Below are positions 57,777-64,000 of a DNA stretch of 64,000 bases, in pieces. Both the position numbers and the translations under genes were made by a program. The notes below the pieces were generated by a model. It worked only from the letters and a program-made list of their open reading frames with translations, did not search any database and was not told the origin of the DNA. This DNA is from Leidyana gryllorum EB-2025a (lineage: Eukaryota; Protista; Apicomplexa): positions 744,001 through 808,000 of the forward strand of contig JBLWGC010000230.1 in the NCBI GenBank assembly GCA_048772705.1, given 5' to 3'. The first letter of the stretch is position 1. Each line of letters opens with the position of its first letter.

Positions 57777-59033
57777 ATGGTGTCCAAAGTAGCGTCCAAC
57801 ACCGAGTGTGTCCACGCTGGTGTGACGGTCGACAAGATCAGTGGAGCTGTTCTCACTCCCATCGTCCAGTCCACCACCTTCAAACAAGAGAGTGTCGAGA
57901 AGTATCTTGCCCTCGGATACAGCTACTCCCGATGTGGTAACCCCACCGTCACCGCATTGGAGGACAAAATTGCCCAACTGGAGAATGCCGCCCAACCCGC
58001 TGTTGCTTTTGCCACGGGAATGGCCGCTACGAACGCTTTGTTCGCCTCCTTCTTGAAAACTGGCGACCATGTCGTTATCACAAAGTGCTCCTACGGAGGC
58101 ACTAACCGCGCTGCTCGCGTCCTCTGGCAGAAGCAGTTCGGTATCGATTTTGATTTCGTCGACATGACCGACCTGGAGGCTGTCCGTAAAGCCATCATTC
58201 CAGGCCGGACTAAAATGATCCTCTCCGAAACTCCCTGCAACCCCACTCTCCAACTGGCAGATGTTCAGGCCATCAGCGACATCGCCAAGGAGTTCAGCGA
58301 AAAGAACCCCAAACCGCTCAACGAGAACCTTCAAGACGGTGATGGCCCCAGTTGGGAGTGCGTCAACGGGAGAATTCTGCACGTTTGCGACACCACCATG
58401 GCTACTCCCGTTGTTATGCGCGGATTAGACTTTGGTTGCGACTTGGTCATCATCAGCATCACCAAATTCTACTGTGGACACAATATGAACTTGGGAGGCG
58501 CTGTCTTGACCAATGAGAAAGCCCTTTATGAGCTTGTCCATTTCAAGCAAAATGTCATGGGCAGTATCATCGCCCCTCGCACTGCTTTCGATATCCTTCA
58601 AACTATGAAAACACTCAAGCTTCGCGTCGAACGCCAATCTCAAAATGCGATGACCATCGCTAAGTTCCTCGAACAACATCCCAAAGTTGAATCTGTCTGC
58701 TATCCAGGACTACCCTCCCATCCCCAACACCAAGTTGCCCTCAAGCAACACGCCGGAGGACTCCATGGAAGTATGATCGCCGTCGAGATCAAAGGCGGAT
58801 CTGATGCCGGAAAACGCGTCATGAACGCCTGTACTCATCCCTGGTGCCTTGCTGAGAACCTCGGCGCTACAGAATCCATCATGACCTGCCCTTCGGTCTT
58901 CACCCACGCAAATATGCCACGCGAAACCCGAATGGCCGTGGGGATTACTGATGGACTCATCCGTCTCTCCGTGGGTATCGAAGATATCGAAGATCTTATC
59001 GCTGGATTGGAAAAGGCGCTCAACGCCGCTTGA
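57777..59033 (+). CDS. Cystathionine gamma-lyase/gamma-synthase (Cys/Met metabolism PLP enzyme)
   Basis: PIVQSTTF, YSRCGNPT, FATGMAA, YGGT, ETPCNPT, SITKF (PLP Lys), YPGLPSHP, AENLG, LIRLSVGIE. Confidence 0.93.
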   Translation: MVSKVASNTECVHAGVTVDKISGAVLTPIVQSTTFKQESVEKYLALGYSYSRCGNPTVTALEDKIAQLENAAQPAVAFATGMAATNALFASFLKTGDHVVITKCSYGGTNRAARVLWQKQFGIDFDFVDMTDLEAVRKAIIPGRTKMILSETPCNPTLQLADVQAISDIAKEFSEKNPKPLNENLQDGDGPSWECVNGRILHVCDTTMATPVVMRGLDFGCDLVIISITKFYCGHNMNLGGAVLTNEKALYELVHFKQNVMGSIIAPRTAFDILQTMKTLKLRVERQSQNAMTIAKFLEQHPKVESVCYPGLPSHPQHQVALKQHAGGLHGSMIAVEIKGGSDAGKRVMNACTHPWCLAENLGATESIMTCPSVFTHANMPRETRMAVGITDGLIRLSVGIEDIEDLIAGLEKALNAA

Positions 59034-59096
59034 TTTGACTTTTTGTACGACTAACCATTGTTTATCGAACAAAATCATCGACATATATAAATGCAT

Positions 59097-62000
59097 TCAG
59101 CCTTGTCTCGCTTGACGTGAGCTTCCACTTAAGGCACCGAACGGGTCTTTCAGAACTCGCCATAATTCTTGACCTTTCCTTCTTAAAGTATCCGGATCAT
59201 CAAGATCCCCGACACCCGGTGCCCACAAACTAACACTGGGTATGCACTGCAGCTGCCGTTTCCATCGTAATATGTCTTGCAAAGAAGTTCCTGTGGTCGA
59301 CTTCGCAGGCGGTTGTGGTGGTGAACGCGGCCGAAGTTGATGTTGCCGTGAAGTCCGAGTCTCTTGTCGCGATCTAGTCTGTGCAGGATATGTGGGGTTA
59401 CTCCACATTTGACCGCCCTGGAATCGCTGTGGAGAGATCCTATTAGGCCCCCAACACACGGGTGATGGTGGGGGTGCCGCAGGTGGTGTCATTGACATCA
59501 TCATCCTCCGCTGTGTCTCTCTGTGTTCCAAAGAACATAAGCAAGGAGGCGAGGGCGTTGGGGTGAGCTGCCCACAGCATTCGTAGCTGACTGTATGGCT
59601 CCGTGGGTGTGGCGCTCCTTCAGACCACCTCCGATGTGGAGCACGAGCCAAAGAATCTTCGTCAGTCCATATGTCGGGCGGAGGTAACTGGAAGTTCCCA
59701 GGTGAGTGCGAGCCGTTCAACGAATGACATTGACCTGTCACAAAGGTGGTCGCGGTCGAGGACGATGGGTGAACGCCAAATGGCGGTGGCAGTGTACTAT
59801 GGGAGGGATAAAGATCCCGATCAAGATCGGGAGGGTATGGGGACTGGGGAGGATATGCATACGGGGACTGCACATGGTGAGGAGGTGCTAAGCGGGGCCC
59901 GGCCTCTTGATCGTACTCGCTGACGCAAGGTGACTGGCTACCAGGATATCGCAATGCGCTCCTCCGGGAATCAGTCGACGCTGACCGCCTGAACACTCTG
60001 GGTGGCATAGGAGGAGGAAGCGGCGGCAACGGGGTGCCAAGATCACTCGCCGAAGAAGGTTGACGACCACGCCGCAAAGATTGCATCGGTGACCTAGGGG
60101 GTCTGGGTGGGCGCTCAGCTAGCGGAATAGGGCTCGTAGATCTCAAGGTGGGGGATGGAACGTCAGCGAAACGTCCGGGTCTCTGACTTTTGCTCTGTGT
60201 CTTTCCCAGCAATGACGGGAACGGAGAGTTGGGGCGGTCAGCGGACGCGAGCGTTTCAGCAGAGGTGAGGACAAACGGCTTCACAGGCTCCATCCGTGCC
60301 ATCACTGGAGTGACCGGTGGCGCTGGAGGCGTCGGAGGGGTCGGAAGAAATACGGTATCTTTGTCGGCTGCTTCGACATCAAAAGCGGTTCCATCTTCGT
60401 TCCCGGAATGGCAGGCGCCGAGTGGTAAAGATTCCCTCGAAACTTCCTCCAGCCCTGAAGTGGGTGTCCAACTTAACAAACCTTGAACCCGTTGGGGCAA
60501 CTCCTGAGCGTTTTTGACAAGGTTGCGGAATCCGTTCTTCAACCGCTCAGCTGCATCATTCGAATTAGTATGAGGCAGTGATGACTGGGGTGATACGAGT
60601 GATCTGGATGTATCAGGTTGTGTGCCCTGTGGTGCTGCTGAATCGGTCTCAGGGCTGCCATCAGCATTCTTCTCGGATCGGTTATCCGTAATGCTCACAC
60701 AGTCTCCTTGTACACTTTCTGTTATCTCTTCAGCTACCAGAATCCCTACATCACAGCCCTCCTGTGTGGTGTGCTTCATGTCGGTTGTGACCGCGTCCTG
60801 CAGTGTGTCCTGACCTGTGCTGCTCTGCGATCTTGCTGTGTGAGCTTCCATGTCGCTCGGCGGGAACTCAAGCGTCGGGTAGTCTTTAGCCGTATTCTCA
60901 CTCATAGTCGTGGTCAGAACCCTGTCCGGCCGAAGCTCTTGTGAGTTGTCAAACATCATCGCTGAAGGCTCCCCTTCGTTACCGCTAGGGTAAGGAAGAC
61001 TGGTAGCATCCAAGAACTGTGAATCTACCGTGTGTGTGTCGCTGATGGTTGGTTCGTCGTCGGGAAATCCTCCATCTCTAGCCATTCCACTTTCAAGTGA
61101 CACAAAGGGAGGAGTTGGACCTCCATGGGATTCGGCTGAGTCCCCAAGAACGGTCTCTTCCACTGAAACTACCACGGACGCCATTTGTGGGGATCTGGCG
61201 CTTGATGAGTCACCATCATCTACTTGTCTTGCTCGAGGAGGGCTGCACGAGTCCGCATCACCACGTGGCATCATGTTGTGACGATTTGCCGGAGTCCAAC
61301 ACCCGTTTGACTTCCGAACATAGAGATCGGACGAGGGCTCGTCCACCGTCGAAGTAAATGGAGGAGGTCGAAGCTCTGTGATGCCTCCCGAACTCATGAC
61401 GGAGTTCGACGGCTCGCTGATGTCAAAGAGCCGCTCGGAACCCGACCCTGAGCTTCCACGAAGGTGGCGAGACGGGGGAAACCAAACACTGCTTTCCACC
61501 ACCGACTCTGTTAGGGTCACAGAGCGCTCAGTGGGGGCTCGTCGAATGTGGTGACCTGAAGCATGATCAATTGGTTGGAAAGCGAATAATGACTTGAAGC
61601 TGCTCCTGTGATACGGAAGATGCTCGGAAGAGTCGCCACCCAAATATAAAGAGCTTGAAGGTTCACTTCGGCGAGGTGCATCACCGGATAGTCGGATTCG
61701 CAACTTATATATGTCTCGGGCCATGGCTAGTTCTTTCCTGTGTTGCTGAATAACTAGATCAACTTCGCGCCTTAGCTGTGTTTCATGACTTAACCAATCC
61801 GAATACTCGGCCGGGGAACCACCCAGTAAGCGGGCAAGAAGCCTTTGGATACGGAAGGACTGTCGGGCGAACTTAGCTCGTAACTCGGGAAGATCGGAAG
61901 CCTTCGAAGTGTCAGGTCGATGACGAAAGCTTTGACCTGATAAGCTTTGTTGGATCAATTCGTGGATTTCATAACGAATGGCATGGGGGGATGGCGTCAT
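59097..62000 (-). CDS. Hypothetical Ser/Pro-rich, largely disordered protein with helical N-terminus
   Basis: 967 aa ATG-initiated ORF; no recognised motif. Confidence 0.65.
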   Translation of the reverse strand: MTPSPHAIRYEIHELIQQSLSGQSFRHRPDTSKASDLPELRAKFARQSFRIQRLLARLLGGSPAEYSDWLSHETQLRREVDLVIQQHRKELAMARDIYKLRIRLSGDAPRRSEPSSSLYLGGDSSEHLPYHRSSFKSLFAFQPIDHASGHHIRRAPTERSVTLTESVVESSVWFPPSRHLRGSSGSGSERLFDISEPSNSVMSSGGITELRPPPFTSTVDEPSSDLYVRKSNGCWTPANRHNMMPRGDADSCSPPRARQVDDGDSSSARSPQMASVVVSVEETVLGDSAESHGGPTPPFVSLESGMARDGGFPDDEPTISDTHTVDSQFLDATSLPYPSGNEGEPSAMMFDNSQELRPDRVLTTTMSENTAKDYPTLEFPPSDMEAHTARSQSSTGQDTLQDAVTTDMKHTTQEGCDVGILVAEEITESVQGDCVSITDNRSEKNADGSPETDSAAPQGTQPDTSRSLVSPQSSLPHTNSNDAAERLKNGFRNLVKNAQELPQRVQGLLSWTPTSGLEEVSRESLPLGACHSGNEDGTAFDVEAADKDTVFLPTPPTPPAPPVTPVMARMEPVKPFVLTSAETLASADRPNSPFPSLLGKTQSKSQRPGRFADVPSPTLRSTSPIPLAERPPRPPRSPMQSLRRGRQPSSASDLGTPLPPLPPPMPPRVFRRSASTDSRRSALRYPGSQSPCVSEYDQEAGPRLAPPHHVQSPYAYPPQSPYPPDLDRDLYPSHSTLPPPFGVHPSSSTATTFVTGQCHSLNGSHSPGNFQLPPPDIWTDEDSLARAPHRRWSEGAPHPRSHTVSYECCGQLTPTPSPPCLCSLEHRETQRRMMMSMTPPAAPPPSPVCWGPNRISPQRFQGGQMWSNPTYPAQTRSRQETRTSRQHQLRPRSPPQPPAKSTTGTSLQDILRWKRQLQCIPSVSLWAPGVGDLDDPDTLRRKGQELWRVLKDPFGALSGSSRQARQG

Positions 62001-62263
62001 AGTACGTCACTCAAGGCGCCGCACGCGTTTGCACACACTTAAATCTACTTGAATGTTAGATCATCTTGCCGGCACTGCACTACGCGCAGGCTTGACATTT
62101 CGCTTCCGATGCAGCCGGACCGCCGGAAGGCAGCGTTTCAAAAAGCTATCATCTTCGGGCTTCTTTCGGACACAGCTTTCGCAGCTGGGAAGTTTGTGGT
62201 CGGATGAAAGGTCGTGCGAACTATCGTCCTCTGATGAAGCACATGGCTTGGATCCTGCAGAAG

Positions 62264-64000
62264 TCAGTTCCAAGGGAAGAAAAATCGCCCACCTGCTGGT
62301 TATCACCAATAAGGCGAGGGTTGAAAGTGAATCTTACTTCCGGGTACTGGCGACACGTGATGTGATGGGCCGTGCAGGCTCGCCAGATGGGTGTGATGCG
62401 TATCGGTCCTCAAGAGCTTATTCACTTGAGGGGGCGGTGTGGTACCCGGCCCTGGGTTGTTGCCATCCAGGACGTAGTGGAAGGATGGAGCAACGGGGCG
62501 GCTGCTCTGTCGGTGATGGTGAGCGCTGATGCCGTCATAGTTATTTGAGGGTTGTCCTCGAATAGCTGATTCGAACATAGTGTCATCACGGTGCGAGCCG
62601 ACAAGAGCATGGAGCCCTGTGGGGTTGCTGAGGTCCTCCCGATGCTCTTCGTAAGTATAGGCTTGATGTGGTGACCGTGTGATCTTCTGAGAGGGCGTTT
62701 TGTTGGTTCTTGTATTTGAAATGGCCAGACAGTCCCCATCCGTTGTCATGGCGCCGCCCTTCTGAAAGAGGGATGCAAAGGGGAATCTCCGATTAGATGA
62801 CACGTTGTTGGGAGGGGACACATTAGCAGCAGCGGCCTACGTTCTTTTCACAAAGAAGGGGTAGAAGGACATACCGCAGGTTGCTGTTGTTTTATGGGTT
62901 TGGTATTTTGGTTGGGAAGAGCGGCAGCTGCTGCAGCTGCTGCGGGGTAGCCCAGCTTGCGCAGCCTTCTGGCCACCTCGGCTCGGCTCGAAATGACAGC
63001 TACCCAGTCGAGGGTGTAATCTGCCTAGCGTGGAAGTGTCATCATAACCAGGGCTTCCCAGGTCAACAGACTAACCGCAATGTGTTCATGGAGGCGCACG
63101 GAGGACAGTAGGCGTCGTAGATGGTCATAGTCCGGGCTGTCAGTGAATCTGAGCGCATGGCAGTAGCGGAGATATGCGGCAAACTCTCCTGCGATAGATC
63201 AAGCGGCTTCTACTTGTTGCTGATCGGCGGGGACTCACTGGGTTGATTCTGACACAAAACTTCGACAGGCGTGCTCAGCTTCTTCTCCATGATCAGCTTG
63301 TACTTCTCCTGCTTTTTGGAAGCTTTTAGACCTTGCCACGGCAGGATGCCTCCTCGTGCAAAATAGAGCATGACGTAGCCTGCTGCTTCTAGGTCGTCTC
63401 TCCGGCTTTGCTCTGACGATAGTATGCGCAATAATGTAGCGTCCTCACCGATTCCGAGATGAGCGTTGATCGAGGCATACCGAGCAGTGCCGGTTAGGGA
63501 CTTGTCTTCTCGGTACGGGATGTGTTCACCCGTGCGGGGATCGCAGTATCTTTTCGCCAGGCCATAGTCGATCATGAAGACCTGCAGTCTGTCGCGTGTT
63601 GTACAAGTAGGCCGACTTCCTCACCGTCCGAGCCTTATCTCCGCGTCCAATCAGGAAATTCTCCGGCTTGATATCGCGATGAATGAACAAGGACGAATGC
63701 AAGTACTCTATGCGTCGGATCTGTCAGGTAGGACCACGTGGAAGTCAGCTTGACGTGCAGGCGAACACGAATGAGCAGTCTTTATTGTCACATACACCCC
63801 GGCCATGTGTTCACGTTTGTGTGTGTGCGTGTGTGTGTGGTGTGAAGTGGTGTTTGCGGCAGCGAGACGGGAGTAGGGTTTGACGGAGGTGTAGACTGGT
63901 GATAACGCTGACCATCTCTTCCACGACATAGAGAATAGTATTTAAGCTGAACTTGCGATTGCACAGACTGAACAGATCCTCCAGAGTTGGTCCAAGTAGT
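62264..64000 (-). CDS. CK1: Casein kinase 1 family kinase, multi-exon, 5' end off window
   Basis: [67 protein letters not shown]; the C-terminal end is approximate. Confidence 0.93.

Noticed and set aside
1-64000. tRNA, rRNA or spliceosomal snRNA genes
   Set aside because: None recognisable by eye; a covariance-model scan would be needed to exclude them

Overview
Gene-dense eukaryotic DNA with mostly 35-55 nt GT-AG introns and very short intergenic gaps. The gene content (microneme-like PAN/apple mucin adhesins, HGPRT, TGCATG/GTGCAC motifs) suggests an apicomplexan, probably gregarine-like, but this is inference. Conserved genes: OGG1 (3' end off-window), a GBP/atlastin-like GTPase, an ankyrin-repeat protein, a TMEM163/CDF-like protein, an AKAP7-type 2H phosphoesterase, calmodulin-like, HGPRT, BRX1, ING-N-like, RPS18, cystathionine gamma-lyase and CK1 (5' end off-window). 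Two accessory arrays stand out. (1) 15.7-30.5 kb: a ~3.5-3.7 kb two-gene cassette amplified in tandem, with four F-box/LRR genes interleaved with about five copies (intact, inverted or decayed) of a spliced two-TM coiled-coil gene. (2) 32.5-52.3 kb: eleven co-oriented type-I membrane adhesin genes built from a Cys-expanded PAN variant, an unrecognised 8-Cys module, exchangeable mucin stalks, Ala/Gly-rich TMs and acidic tails, with a shared motif just upstream of the ATG. All family calls come from motif recognition by eye; no searches were run.
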